A stretch of 64,000 bases of DNA, from NCBI GenBank assembly GCA_043809315.1, contig JAZDDX010000039.1:1-64000 (forward strand). Reading direction: 5' to 3'. Each line of letters begins with the position of its first letter. Within the stretch, counting starts at the first letter, position 1. The notes under the pieces were generated by a model. The model did no database searches and was not told where the DNA came from. It saw nothing but the letters and a program-made list of their open reading frames with translations. A program made the position numbers and the translations under genes. Positions 19,105-28,876 of this stretch are shown here, in pieces. Origin of the DNA: Pseudomonadota bacterium. GTDB lineage: Bacteria; Bdellovibrionota_G; JALEGL01; DATDPG01.

Positions 19105-21267
19105 ATGGGATTTGGTTGGGTACTTCCCGTCGTCTTTACCGTGAGCGTCCTGTCGCTCGTCGTCGCTTTCCTGCTCGCGAAGTGGGTCTTGGCCAAGGAC
19201 ACCGGGAAGCCGGAGATGATCGCGATCTCGGACGCGATCAAGGAAGGGGCCGAGGCGTTCCTCCGGCGCCAGTACAAGACGATCGGCATTCTCTCGGTCG
19301 TCGCAGCAGGGGTGCTCTTCGCCTTCTACTTCAAGAACCGGAACGTCGCGAACATCTTGGAGATGGGGGAAGGGACCGCCTGGAAAGTCACCGTGTCGTT
19401 CTTAACCGGCGCGCTCTGCTCTGCCGTTGCAGGGTTCATCGGGATGTTCGTTTCGATCCGGGCCAACATTCGCGCCGCGACTGCGGCCTTGACCAGCCTC
19501 AACAAGGCACTCCAAATCGCCCTCCGCGGCGGCGCTGTCAGCGGCCTGGCGGTCGTCTCGATGAGCCTCCTCGGAGTCGGAGGGCTATTCTATTTCTTCG
19601 GCGGTCTCGACAACTACAGCCATGTCCCGCTTCAGATCGTCGGTTTCGGCTTCGGAGCCAGCTTCGTCGCCCTCTTTGCGCAACTGGGAGGCGGAATTTT
19701 CACGAAGGCGGCTGATGTCGGCGCCGACTTGGTCGGGAAGGTCGAGGCGGGGATCCCGGAGGATGATCCCCGGAATCCGGCCGTCATTGCGGACCTCGTC
19801 GGGGACAACGTCGGGGACTGCGCCGGCCGCGGCGCCGACCTCTTCGAGTCGACGGCGGCCGAGAACATCGGAGCCATGATCCTCGGGATCGCGCTCTATC
19901 CCGTCTTCGGCATCGGCGGGATTCTCTTCCCGCTCCTCGCCCGAGCCTTCGGTTTGATCGCGACGATCGTCGGTGTCCTCTCCGTCAGCTGCAAAGAGGA
20001 TGAGGACCCGATGCGCGCGCTGAACCGCGGTTACCTCGTGACGACGATCCTCGCCATGGCGGGGTTTGCGGTCGCGGTGTACACCCTTCTTCGTCCCGTG
20101 GCGGGAAGCAACGTCGAGGTGCACTTCGGGTACCTGCTCGGAGCAGGAATCATCGGGATCATGACGGCGTACGCTTTCGTCTGGATCACGCAGTATTACA
20201 CCGAGTACCGCTACCGGCCGGTTCAATCGATCGCGGAAGCTTCCAAAACCGGGCCGGCCACGAACATCATTTCGGGACTCGCGGTCGGATTCGAGTGCAC
20301 CGGCCTTCCGGTCCTGACGATCTCCGTCGCCCTGATGGCGTCATTCTGGTGCGGGCAGATGGCTCTCTCCGGCATGGCCGGGGCGGGACTGTACGGCACG
20401 GCCATCGCCACGATGGGGATGCTGGCCCCCTGCGCCTACATCCTTGCGATGGACACCTTCGGGCCGATCACCGACAACGCCGGCGGAATCATCGAAATGT
20501 CGAAACAACCGGAGGCGATCCGGGCGAAGACCGATCGTCTCGACGCCGTCGGGAACACCACGAAGGCGCTGACCAAGGGGTATGCGATCGGCTCCGCGGC
20601 CCTCGCCGCCTTCCTCCTCTTCCGTGCCTATATTGACGAAGTCCAGAAGATCACCGGGACGGCGATCTCGGTCGATTTGAACCGCATCCCGGTCTTCGTC
20701 GGCGGGCTGATCGGAGCGACGCTGATCTTTGTATTCAGCTCGATGGCGATTAAAGCGGTCGGGAAAGTCGCTCAGGTCGTCATCATGGAGGTCCGGCGGC
20801 AGTTCCGCGAAAACCCCGGGATCATGAAGGGGACGTCGAAGCCGGACTACGCCCGTTGCGTCGACCTAGTCACGGTCGGAGCCCTCCGGCAGATGGTGGC
20901 GCCGGGACTTCTGGCGGTCTTGACCCCCGTCGCGGTCGGCTTCGGGTTCAAATACCTCTCCCCGTACGGCCAGATCGGTGCCTCATCCGTTGCCGCCCTT
21001 CTGATGGTCGGGACGATCAGCGGGATCCTTCTCGCCACCGTCATGAACAACGGCGGCGGAGCCTGGGACAACGCCAAGAAGTATATTGAGTCGGGGCTGT
21101 TCAAAATCGACGGCGTGGTGGTCGGGAAGAAATCCGACGCACATAAGGCCGCCGTCGTCGGGGACACGGTCGGGGATCCGTTCAAGGATACCGCCGGACC
21201 GTCACTCCACGTCCTGATCAAGCTGCTTTCGACGATCACGCTGGTCCTGGCGCCGCTCTTTATCTAG
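19105..21267 (+). CDS. hppA: Membrane-bound pyrophosphatase, probably K+-independent H+-translocating
   Basis: DVGADLVGKVE, DNVGDCAG, GDTVGDPFKD; GNTTKA with Lys at the K+-dependence position. Confidence 0.95.
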   Translation: MGFGWVLPVVFTVSVLSLVVAFLLAKWVLAKDTGKPEMIAISDAIKEGAEAFLRRQYKTIGILSVVAAGVLFAFYFKNRNVANILEMGEGTAWKVTVSFLTGALCSAVAGFIGMFVSIRANIRAATAALTSLNKALQIALRGGAVSGLAVVSMSLLGVGGLFYFFGGLDNYSHVPLQIVGFGFGASFVALFAQLGGGIFTKAADVGADLVGKVEAGIPEDDPRNPAVIADLVGDNVGDCAGRGADLFESTAAENIGAMILGIALYPVFGIGGILFPLLARAFGLIATIVGVLSVSCKEDEDPMRALNRGYLVTTILAMAGFAVAVYTLLRPVAGSNVEVHFGYLLGAGIIGIMTAYAFVWITQYYTEYRYRPVQSIAEASKTGPATNIISGLAVGFECTGLPVLTISVALMASFWCGQMALSGMAGAGLYGTAIATMGMLAPCAYILAMDTFGPITDNAGGIIEMSKQPEAIRAKTDRLDAVGNTTKALTKGYAIGSAALAAFLLFRAYIDEVQKITGTAISVDLNRIPVFVGGLIGATLIFVFSSMAIKAVGKVAQVVIMEVRRQFRENPGIMKGTSKPDYARCVDLVTVGALRQMVAPGLLAVLTPVAVGFGFKYLSPYGQIGASSVAALLMVGTISGILLATVMNNGGGAWDNAKKYIESGLFKIDGVVVGKKSDAHKAAVVGDTVGDPFKDTAGPSLHVLIKLLSTITLVLAPLFI

Positions 21268-21276
21268 GAGACGATC

Positions 21277-22320
21277 GTGAAGCGGGAAAAGGTTGCTCGA
21301 GTTTTCGCCGTAAGCCTTCTCCTTCTGACCCTCTATCTGCTCGCGCAGGTCCTGCGGCCGTTCTTCTCGGCGATCGTCTGGGCGCTTTTCTTCGTGACGG
21401 TCTTCCATCCGGTTTACGACCGCCTGAACCGCTGGCTCGGGAAACGGGACTGGGTCTCCTCGATCCTGCTCACGACGCTGATCACGACGTTGATCGTGCT
21501 TCCCGGGGTCTTTCTGGTCTCCAGCCTTTCGGACGCCGTCCCTCCCCTCGTCCGGTCGATCAACCTGAAGTTCTCGACCGGCTCCCCGACCGGCCTGCCG
21601 GCGACGCTCGAGGCTTGGGTTGGACGGTACGTGAAGCTGCCCCAGGGACAGCTCCACGCGATGATCTTGACGACGTTGAGCCGTCTCGGCGACGCCCTGA
21701 CGACGCAGATTCAGCCGCTCGTTCAGAACGCGCTGGCCACTCTGGTCGACTTCCTCGTGATGATTCTCACGATGTCGGTCCTCTTCGTCCAGGGGCGGCA
21801 ACTGATCCGCGGCGCACACCGGTTTCTCCCGTTGCAGGAGAAGGATCGCGACGCCGCATTCAAGCGCTTCGAGGAGCTGACCCGTGCGATCTTTTACGGC
21901 GTGATCCTGACCGCGGCCCTCCAAGGAATCGCCGGCGGGATCGGATGGATGATCGTCGGCCTCTCGAACCCGCTTCTGGCCGGCCTGGCGATGTTCTTCT
22001 CCGCTCTGATCCCGTTCGTTGGGACCGCTCTCATCTGGGTCCCCGGTGCGATGTATCTGTATTCGGATGGGTCCCCCGGCATGGCCCTCCTCCTGCTCCT
22101 CTGGGGAGTTCTCATCGTCAGCATGATCGACACCTTCCTGCGCCCGATCTTCATCAGCGGCAAAGCGCGAATCCACACGCTTCTCGTTTTCTTCGGGATC
22201 TTCGGCGGGATGACGGCGTTCGGGCTCAAAGGTCTGTTCGTCGGCCCCCTCGTGATCGCTCTTACGATGTTCCTCGTGGAGGTGGTCCGCCGCGACCTCC
22301 TCCCCGATTCGGACGACTAA
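21277..22320 (+). CDS. AI-2E family transporter
   Basis: LIPFVGTALIWVP, D.FLRP, GG..FGL.GLFVGP. Confidence 0.9.
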   Translation: MKREKVARVFAVSLLLLTLYLLAQVLRPFFSAIVWALFFVTVFHPVYDRLNRWLGKRDWVSSILLTTLITTLIVLPGVFLVSSLSDAVPPLVRSINLKFSTGSPTGLPATLEAWVGRYVKLPQGQLHAMILTTLSRLGDALTTQIQPLVQNALATLVDFLVMILTMSVLFVQGRQLIRGAHRFLPLQEKDRDAAFKRFEELTRAIFYGVILTAALQGIAGGIGWMIVGLSNPLLAGLAMFFSALIPFVGTALIWVPGAMYLYSDGSPGMALLLLLWGVLIVSMIDTFLRPIFISGKARIHTLLVFFGIFGGMTAFGLKGLFVGPLVIALTMFLVEVVRRDLLPDSDD

Positions 22321-22360
22321 AGAAAACGGGCGCCGAAGGTCAACCCCCCGACGCCCGTCG
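22320..22360. terminator. Probable intrinsic terminator between convergent genes
   Basis: ACGGGCG...CGCCCGT stem flanked by AAAGAAAA (U-tract on the minus strand). Confidence 0.5.
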
Positions 22361-22377
22361 TTGTTGAATCGATCTAC

Positions 22378-22905
22378 TTAGATCTTGAAGTAGATATTGA
22401 ACCCAAGCGGGAACTGGATGTCGTGAATCGTCCCATCCCCCGCCGCCAGGTCGTACCGGAACATGATGCCGATCGCGACTGTGTCGCTCACCATGTAATC
22501 AATTCCGGGGCCCAGAGCGAAATCGAACAGATCGCTCGCCGGGGTATGAAGGTAACCCAACCCGACCAGCGCGTACGGCATGAACCGTTTGTGGGTCGGC
22601 CAGTACGCCTTCAGATTCGGCTGAAACCGGATGTAGTTCCCGGCATCCGGATGCAGGATCCAGACCTCGGCGCCCGGCGCAAGGATGTCGGTCACGAAGT
22701 AGTTCGCGCCCAACCGCAGTTGAATGATCGTCGCTTTCGCGTCCCCCTTGAGAATGTGGGAGTCAAGCCCGAACTGGGTCTGCAGATCCCCTTTCCCTAC
22801 GGAGAACTCGTTATGGCTGAACAACGGGGTGGGCGAAGAGGCAAAGCTCGCCCCGGTGATCAGGAGAACTCCAAGCACTAATGTCAATCCAGTAAGTTTC
22901 CTCAT
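22378..22905 (-). CDS. Small outer-membrane beta-barrel protein
   Basis: Signal peptide, alternating beta-strands, C-terminal GFNIYFKI. Confidence 0.75.
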   Translation of the reverse strand: MRKLTGLTLVLGVLLITGASFASSPTPLFSHNEFSVGKGDLQTQFGLDSHILKGDAKATIIQLRLGANYFVTDILAPGAEVWILHPDAGNYIRFQPNLKAYWPTHKRFMPYALVGLGYLHTPASDLFDFALGPGIDYMVSDTVAIGIMFRYDLAAGDGTIHDIQFPLGFNIYFKI

Positions 22906-22985
22906 CGTCTCTCCTTTAATTGTTTGAACAAGAACTGATTGGTTGTTGGGGGGAGACTAGTGCGATTTCACCCTGAGATCAACAA

Positions 22986-23810
22986 CTACAACTCCTCTTC
23001 CGGGGGGGGAGCCTCTCCCGGCTCCGATTCCGGCGTGATCCGCTCGATCGTCTGTTCGAACGGGAGCGGGAAATGCGCCGCGACATCCGCCTCCTCCGTT
23101 GTCAGATACCCGGCCTGAACCATCTTATCGAGGATCGATGCGACCGTCTTCTCGGCGTGCGGCGTGAGTTTTCCGTGGTAGTACGAAAGACTGTACCGGC
23201 GAGGGCTCGGGAGAAGCATCGCCAAGAACGCCCCCTCTTTCGGACTCAACGCCGAAACCCCCTTCTGGAAATAATGCCACGACGCCGGGCCGATCCCGTA
23301 CAGCCCCCGATCCCATTCGGCGATGTTCAGATACAGCTCGAGGATCTTTTTCTTCTTCAGGCGTCGCTCCATCGAGAGGGTCAGGATCAGCTCCTTGAGC
23401 TTCCTCCAGAGCGTCTTGTCCTTGTCGAGAAAGAGGTTCCGCGCCGTCTGCTGCGTGATCGTGCTCGCCCCGCGGACGAACCGTTTCGCTTTCCAGTCGG
23501 CTACGACCGCCTCCTTGATCTGTTTGAGATCGAAACCGTTGTGCCGGTAGAACGCCCAATCCTCGCTGACAACAATCGCCCCAACCACCGTTGGGGGAAT
23601 CTCCGAGAGGGAGACCCAACTCGCGGGACGGCTCTTGATCCACTCGATCGCCGGCGGAATGCCGGCGCCGAGGAAGTGAACCACCGGGTAGCGGTTGTTC
23701 ACGATCATGACGCTCGGGATGTCCCTCAGGGAGAAATAGAGCGTGACAGCGACAATCGCCGTCGCCAGAGCCACCGCCACCATCAGCAACTTGAGCCTGC
23801 GCCGAATCAA
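22986..23810 (-). CDS. mtgA: Monofunctional peptidoglycan transglycosylase (GT51)
   Basis: SEDWAFYRHNGFD, RGASTITQQTARN, RKLKE, LELYLN; start TTG ~23810 inferred. Confidence 0.88.
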   Translation of the reverse strand: MIRRRLKLLMVAVALATAIVAVTLYFSLRDIPSVMIVNNRYPVVHFLGAGIPPAIEWIKSRPASWVSLSEIPPTVVGAIVVSEDWAFYRHNGFDLKQIKEAVVADWKAKRFVRGASTITQQTARNLFLDKDKTLWRKLKELILTLSMERRLKKKKILELYLNIAEWDRGLYGIGPASWHYFQKGVSALSPKEGAFLAMLLPSPRRYSLSYYHGKLTPHAEKTVASILDKMVQAGYLTTEEADVAAHFPLPFEQTIERITPESEPGEAPPPEEEL

Positions 23811-23856
23811 CGCCCCAAGCTTGTCTTGGCGGAGGCAAACGGTCAATATCGAGCCG

Positions 23857-24297
23857 ATGGTGAACCGCGAATTTTCGATCGAATCGGACACCGACCTCTC
23901 CCGGATCATCCGGGAGATGCAAACCGTCGCTGTGGTCGGGATGAAGAACGAGAAACAGGCTGATGCGCCGGCGTATCGGATCCCCCAGATGGTTCAGGAG
24001 CACGGAATCCGGGTGATCCCGGTCAATCCGACAATCCGTTTCTCCCTCGGGGAGCCGGCCTATCCGAATCTGGCGGCCGTCCCCGACCGGTTCGACACGG
24101 TGAATATCTTTTGCCGGAGCGAGTTCATTGAGCCGATCGCCGACGAGATCCTCGCGTTGCCCATCGATCGCCACCCCCGCGTGGTCTGGATGCAGACGGG
24201 GATCCGGAACGTCGCCGCCGCCCGGAAATTATCCGATGCTGGGATCGAAGTTGTGCTGGATCGTTGTCTCGGAATCTATGTCGCGCGGTATCGCTAA
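23857..24297 (+). CDS. CoA-binding protein (YccU-like)
   Basis: TVAVVG, IPVNP, VWMQTGI, DRC. Confidence 0.88.
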   Translation: MVNREFSIESDTDLSRIIREMQTVAVVGMKNEKQADAPAYRIPQMVQEHGIRVIPVNPTIRFSLGEPAYPNLAAVPDRFDTVNIFCRSEFIEPIADEILALPIDRHPRVVWMQTGIRNVAAARKLSDAGIEVVLDRCLGIYVARYR

Positions 24298-25513
24298 TAA
24301 GAACCTCCTCTGCTATCTCGGCAGTCGTTTTTTCGCAACGGTCGCCATGCAGATGCAGTTCGTGGCGATCGGTTGGCAGGTCTATGAGATCACGCGGCGC
24401 CCCCTCGACTTGGGATTGATCGGGCTGGTTCAGTTCCTCCCGATGGCGCTTCTCTCCATCCCCGGCGGGCAGTTGGCCGACCATGCGGAGCGGCGGAAGA
24501 TCATCCTCGTCTGTCAATCGGTTCTCATTCTCTGTTTCGGGGTTCTATTCGGGTTCTCCCGAACCGGTTCTCTCACGACGCCGATCATCTACTCCCTCCT
24601 CGTCATCGTCGGCATGATGAGGGCGTTCTGGGCGCCGGCGATTCAATCGTTCCTCCCGCACCTCGTTCCGAAAGAACAACTCCCCCGGGCGGTCGCCTGG
24701 AACAGTTCGACGTGGCAGATCGCCGTCATCGCCGGCCCGTCGTTCGGAGGGTTGCTGTATGCCTGGAGCGGAAAACCGTCGACGGTTTATTTTGCCTGCA
24801 TTCTCTTTATGGCCGTAGCGGTCGTCTTAACCTCCCTGATCGGAGTCCGGACGAAACGGACGGCGGCGGCACCCATCAGTCGGAAAACTCTCCTCGCCGG
24901 GATCCGGTATGTCCGAAGCCAGCGGGTCCTACTTGGAGCGATCTCCCTCGATCTCTTCGCCGTCCTACTGGGCGGGGCCGTCGCTCTCCTGCCCGCCTAC
25001 GCGCGAGACATCCTGATGGTGGGTCCGGCCGGTTTGGGGCTTCTCCGTTCGGCCCCATCAATCGGAGCAACCTGCATGGGGATCTACCTCGGCTTCCGCC
25101 CCTTACGGTCGAGAATCGGCCCCCGCCTTTTCTCCTGCGTCTTTGCGTTCGGAATCTTGACGATCGTGTTCGGCCTCTCGACGAATTTCGTCCTCTCCCT
25201 GTTCTGTCTGATCCTCCTCGGCGCATTTGATCTCGTAGGGATCGTCGTCCGGCATTCGTTGATTCAGCTCCGGACACCGGACGAAATGCGCGGACGCGTG
25301 AGCGCGGTCGCCCTCGTCTTCGTCGGAGCTTCCAACGAGTTGGGAGAGTTCGAATCGGGAATCACCGCCGCCTGGTTCGGCCTCGTCCCCGCGGTCGTTC
25401 TCGGCGGGGTCGGGACCTGTCTCATTGTCGCGCTTGGAGCCTGGTTCTTTCCGGAACTCCGGAACCTTCAGCAGTTCATCGAACCGGAACCGGCCCGAAA
25501 ACCCGCGCCATAA
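24278..25513 (+). CDS. MFS transporter (MFS_3-like)
   Basis: GQLADHAERRK, LDLFAVLLGG, MRGRVSA, SNELGEFESG. Confidence 0.9.
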   Translation: MSRGIANKNLLCYLGSRFFATVAMQMQFVAIGWQVYEITRRPLDLGLIGLVQFLPMALLSIPGGQLADHAERRKIILVCQSVLILCFGVLFGFSRTGSLTTPIIYSLLVIVGMMRAFWAPAIQSFLPHLVPKEQLPRAVAWNSSTWQIAVIAGPSFGGLLYAWSGKPSTVYFACILFMAVAVVLTSLIGVRTKRTAAAPISRKTLLAGIRYVRSQRVLLGAISLDLFAVLLGGAVALLPAYARDILMVGPAGLGLLRSAPSIGATCMGIYLGFRPLRSRIGPRLFSCVFAFGILTIVFGLSTNFVLSLFCLILLGAFDLVGIVVRHSLIQLRTPDEMRGRVSAVALVFVGASNELGEFESGITAAWFGLVPAVVLGGVGTCLIVALGAWFFPELRNLQQFIEPEPARKPAP

Positions 25514-26654
25514 CGCACTTCAGATAGCGGCTCTCGGGACAGTGGATCGAGAACGGATGATCCCGCGAAGCCCCCCTTACTTCCACGACCTGAAGCAGCC
25601 GTCCGGAGCGGCGTGCGGCCGAGTGGAGCAGAGAAAGCCATTCCTCCGCACCGAGCGCTCCCGAGCAGCTGCAGGTGACGAGGATCCCCCCCGGCGCGAC
25701 CGCCGAGAGCGCATCCCGGTTCAGGCGATGGTACATCCGAAGTCCCCGCTCCTTCGCACTCCGCGTCGGAATCAATTTGGGGGGATCAACGATCACGAGA
25801 TCGAAAGCGCCGGGTACGGAACCTTTCAGAAACTCGAAAACATCCTGTTCGACGAACCGGACGTTCGTAAGGGAGTTGATCTCGGTATGCCGATTCGCCC
25901 GCTGGATCGCTTCTTTGGAGCTGTCGACGCCTACGGCCTCCTTGGCTCCTGCCTGGGCACAGGCGAGAGCGAACCCTCCCGTGTAACAGTGAAGGTCGAG
26001 AACCTTCCGTCCCGCCACCAGTCCCGCCACAACGGAGCGATTCTCCCGTTGGTCGAGATAGAACCCGGTCTTCTGCCCTGAGCCGATCTCGAGTTCGAAC
26101 GTGAGCCGGTTCTCGGTAAAACGGACCGGAGCTTTCGATATCTCCCCCCAAAGAAGACGATCCTCCGTCGGGTTCTTGAGGAAGATCCCCTTGACCGGAA
26201 GGGCTGCCCGCAACGCCGAACCGATCTCCTCCCAGCGAGAGAGGAGCGGTGGGCTCGAGATCTGGACCACCAGGTATTCGCCGAACCGATCGACGATCAG
26301 GCCGGAGAGTTGATCCCCCTCGCTGAAAATGAGGCGGCAGGCACCTTCCCGATCGAGGAAACCGCCGAGATTCCGCCGTAGTGCGATCGCCTCTTTCACG
26401 CGTGCTGTGAAGAATCCCGGGACGATCGGGCGATCCCGTTCCCAGGAATAGAGACGGACGGCGATCTCCCCTTCCGGTTGGAGAATCCCGTGTGCGACGA
26501 ACCGGTCGTCATCCCCGCCGAAGACTGGAACGGCATCCCCCGGAACCGGGTCGCCGTCGATCTTCCCGATCATCGTCCGGAAGAGCCAGGGGTGCCCACC
26601 GATGGCGGCCCCCGCTTTCCGCGGCGCCAGGCGTATTCGCGCTTCCTTTTTCAC
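25476..26654 (-). CDS. rlmI: RlmI-like PUA-domain rRNA m5C methyltransferase
   Basis: GHPWLF, SEGDQLSGLIVD, GQKTGFYLDQRENR, DPPK, TCSCS, YLK. Confidence 0.88.
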   Translation of the reverse strand: MKKEARIRLAPRKAGAAIGGHPWLFRTMIGKIDGDPVPGDAVPVFGGDDDRFVAHGILQPEGEIAVRLYSWERDRPIVPGFFTARVKEAIALRRNLGGFLDREGACRLIFSEGDQLSGLIVDRFGEYLVVQISSPPLLSRWEEIGSALRAALPVKGIFLKNPTEDRLLWGEISKAPVRFTENRLTFELEIGSGQKTGFYLDQRENRSVVAGLVAGRKVLDLHCYTGGFALACAQAGAKEAVGVDSSKEAIQRANRHTEINSLTNVRFVEQDVFEFLKGSVPGAFDLVIVDPPKLIPTRSAKERGLRMYHRLNRDALSAVAPGGILVTCSCSGALGAEEWLSLLHSAARRSGRLLQVVEVRGASRDHPFSIHCPESRYLKCVMARVFGPVPVR

Positions 26655-26740
26655 CGGGGCGGGATCATCCCATGCCCCCGCTTCCGCTCAAATGAATTCC
26701 GGTGTATACGACGCCTCCAACAGAACCTAACGGAGGTCCC

Positions 26741-27349
26741 ATGACCGAATTCACGTATCAGCTTCCCCCTCTCCCGTATCCGGACCATGCGCTGGCGCCG
26801 GTGATCTCGGCGAACACGCTACAATTCCATTACGGCAAGCATCACCAGGGGTATTGCGACAAGTACAACACGCTCATCAAAGGGACCCCGATGGTCGACT
26901 ATCCGTTGGAACGTGTGATCCAGGAGACGGCGAAGGCGGCGGACAAAACCGCGCTTTTCAACAACGCCGCGCAGATCTGGAACCATACCTTCTACTGGAA
27001 GAGCCTGACCGCCAAAGGCGGTGGAAAGCCGTCCGGGATCTTAAAGGAGAGGATCGAAACCTCGTTCGGAACGTTCGAGAAATTACGTGAGGAGTGGATA
27101 GATAAATCATTGAATTTATTTGGAAGTGGTTGGTGTTGGCTTGTCTGCGACGAGGGGAAGGTGAAGATCGTCCAAACGAGGAACGCCGAGACCCCGATCG
27201 TCACCGGGCAGCGTCCGCTGCTCACGATCGACGTCTGGGAGCACGCCTATTACCTCGACTTCCAGAACCGACGGAAAGATTACGCCCAGGCGGTCATCGA
27301 CAAGCTGATCAATTGGGAGTTCGCCGCGGAAAACCTGGTCAAACGCTAG
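26741..27349 (+). CDS. sodB: Superoxide dismutase [Fe]
   Basis: HYGKHH, FNNAAQIWNH (Fe-type signature), DVWEHAYY; RBS GGAGG. Confidence 0.92.
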   Translation: MTEFTYQLPPLPYPDHALAPVISANTLQFHYGKHHQGYCDKYNTLIKGTPMVDYPLERVIQETAKAADKTALFNNAAQIWNHTFYWKSLTAKGGGKPSGILKERIETSFGTFEKLREEWIDKSLNLFGSGWCWLVCDEGKVKIVQTRNAETPIVTGQRPLLTIDVWEHAYYLDFQNRRKDYAQAVIDKLINWEFAAENLVKR

Positions 27350-27353
27350 AGAC

Positions 27354-28139
27354 GTGCGACGCGCGGCCCTCGTTCTGCTCGTCGCGCTTGCTCCTGCCTT
27401 TGCTCGCGGAGAGGGGACGCCGACCCCAGGACCGTTGGAAGACCCGAAACTCACTCCGAAACACCTGATCGGGGATGTCACGGAAGGGGTGTACAACTCG
27501 ACCGCTCACCGCTGGAACTGGCCGGCCATCGGAATCGCCGGCGGTACGGGCCTGGGCGTCTTTCTCCTGAACCGTTGGGTCGACCCGAAGATCGATCAGA
27601 CGAACACTCCTCCCCGCCTCGGCTCGCTCAGCAAAGAGCTATCCCGGGTCGGGCAATTCGGGCCCTACGTCGTCCCCGCGATGTTCCTGGGATCCGGGTT
27701 CCTGTTTCCGAAAGGGAGTCCGGAGCGAGCCGAGGTTTTTCAGACGACGGAGCAGTTGGTTGAAACGTTCCTTTGGACGGCTGGAGCGACCTACGCCCTC
27801 AAGATGGCGGTCGGGAGGATCCGTCCCGATCGGAGCAACGACGGTTCTCTTCCATCGGGGCACGCGGCGTTGACCTTCGGAACCGCCGGCGTGATCGCCT
27901 GGCGTTATCCGTGGTATGTCGGCGTGCCGGCGCTCGCCACCGCGTCGGCGGTTTCATTCTCCCGCGTCGACCTGAACCGCCACTTCGCCTCCGATGTCGC
28001 TCTGGGAGCCGGCCTCGGGCTCTTCTTCTCGTCGGTAGTTCATTTCTACCACGAGCGATTCGAACCGAGCTCCACGACCGCTCTTCTTCCGGTCGTCTCG
28101 AAGGGGAACTACGGCCTTGCCTGGACGACCGATTTTTAG
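27354..28139 (+). CDS. PAP2 family phosphatase
   Basis: K-x6-RP (KMAVGRIRP), PSGH, SRVDLNRHFASD. Confidence 0.88.
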   Translation: MRRAALVLLVALAPAFARGEGTPTPGPLEDPKLTPKHLIGDVTEGVYNSTAHRWNWPAIGIAGGTGLGVFLLNRWVDPKIDQTNTPPRLGSLSKELSRVGQFGPYVVPAMFLGSGFLFPKGSPERAEVFQTTEQLVETFLWTAGATYALKMAVGRIRPDRSNDGSLPSGHAALTFGTAGVIAWRYPWYVGVPALATASAVSFSRVDLNRHFASDVALGAGLGLFFSSVVHFYHERFEPSSTTALLPVVSKGNYGLAWTTDF

Positions 28140-28176
28140 CTCGTCTTGGCCCCATCCCTGTGGAAAACTTCGGGGC

Positions 28177-28626
28177 ATGAAAAGACCATTGATATCGGCC
28201 ATGGCTGTTCTCTGTTTGTCGCTCGGAACGGCGTTGGCGGCATCCACAACCAAAGCGACAACCACTGCAAAGAAAGAGGCGGCAAAGCCGATGACGAAGG
28301 AAGTAACGGAGCTCCAGATCAAGGATCTTAACGTCGGCAAGGGAGCCGCGGCGACCGCCGGGAAGCGGGTTTCGGTCCATTACACCGGGACGCTGACGAA
28401 CGGTACGAAGTTCGACTCTTCCCTCGACCGCGGAACCCCGTTCGAGTTCACGCTCGGCGCGGGAGAAGTGATTCAGGGCTGGGATAAAGGGGTCGCCGGG
28501 ATGAAGGTCGGTGGGAAACGCCACCTCGTCATCCCCCCCTCCCTCGGCTACGGAGCCAACGCCGTCGGGACGATTCCGGCCAATTCGACGCTTGTCTTCG
28601 ACGTAGAACTTCTGGGCGTAAAGTAG
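28177..28626 (+). CDS. Exported FKBP-type peptidyl-prolyl isomerase
   Basis: VHYTGTL.NG.KFDSS, VIQGWD, IPANSTLVFDVELL; signal peptide. Confidence 0.95.
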   Translation: MKRPLISAMAVLCLSLGTALAASTTKATTTAKKEAAKPMTKEVTELQIKDLNVGKGAAATAGKRVSVHYTGTLTNGTKFDSSLDRGTPFEFTLGAGEVIQGWDKGVAGMKVGGKRHLVIPPSLGYGANAVGTIPANSTLVFDVELLGVK

Positions 28627-28634
28627 ATCGACAG

Positions 28635-28682
28635 AAAAAAAAGAAGAGCCCTCGGTCCGGCCGGATCGAGGGCTCTTTTCTA
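28635..28682. terminator. Bidirectional intrinsic terminator
   Basis: AAGAGCCCTCG...CGAGGGCTCTT stem with an A-tract before and a T-tract after, between convergent genes. Confidence 0.85.
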
Positions 28683-28695
28683 TTCTCGGAACGAA

Positions 28696-28845
28696 TTACT
28701 TCGCCGCAGGGATCGCGTCGACCGCCTTCGTGGCTGCGTCGTCCGCCTTCTTCAGCGCATCCGCCGCAGTGGTCTCCTGCGCCAATAACGCCGGCGCAAA
28801 GCCTAAGCTTAGGATCGCCGCCGTACCCACAAACACGTTCTTCAT
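28696..28845 (-). CDS. Small secreted Ala/Lys/Asp-rich peptide (49 aa)
   Basis: RBS AAGGGAG; MKNVFVGTAAILSLGFAPALLA signal peptide. Confidence 0.65.
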   Translation of the reverse strand: MKNVFVGTAAILSLGFAPALLAQETTAADALKKADDAATKAVDAIPAAK

Positions 28846-28876
28846 ATCGATCTCTCCCTTTCTTCTTTCTTGATGG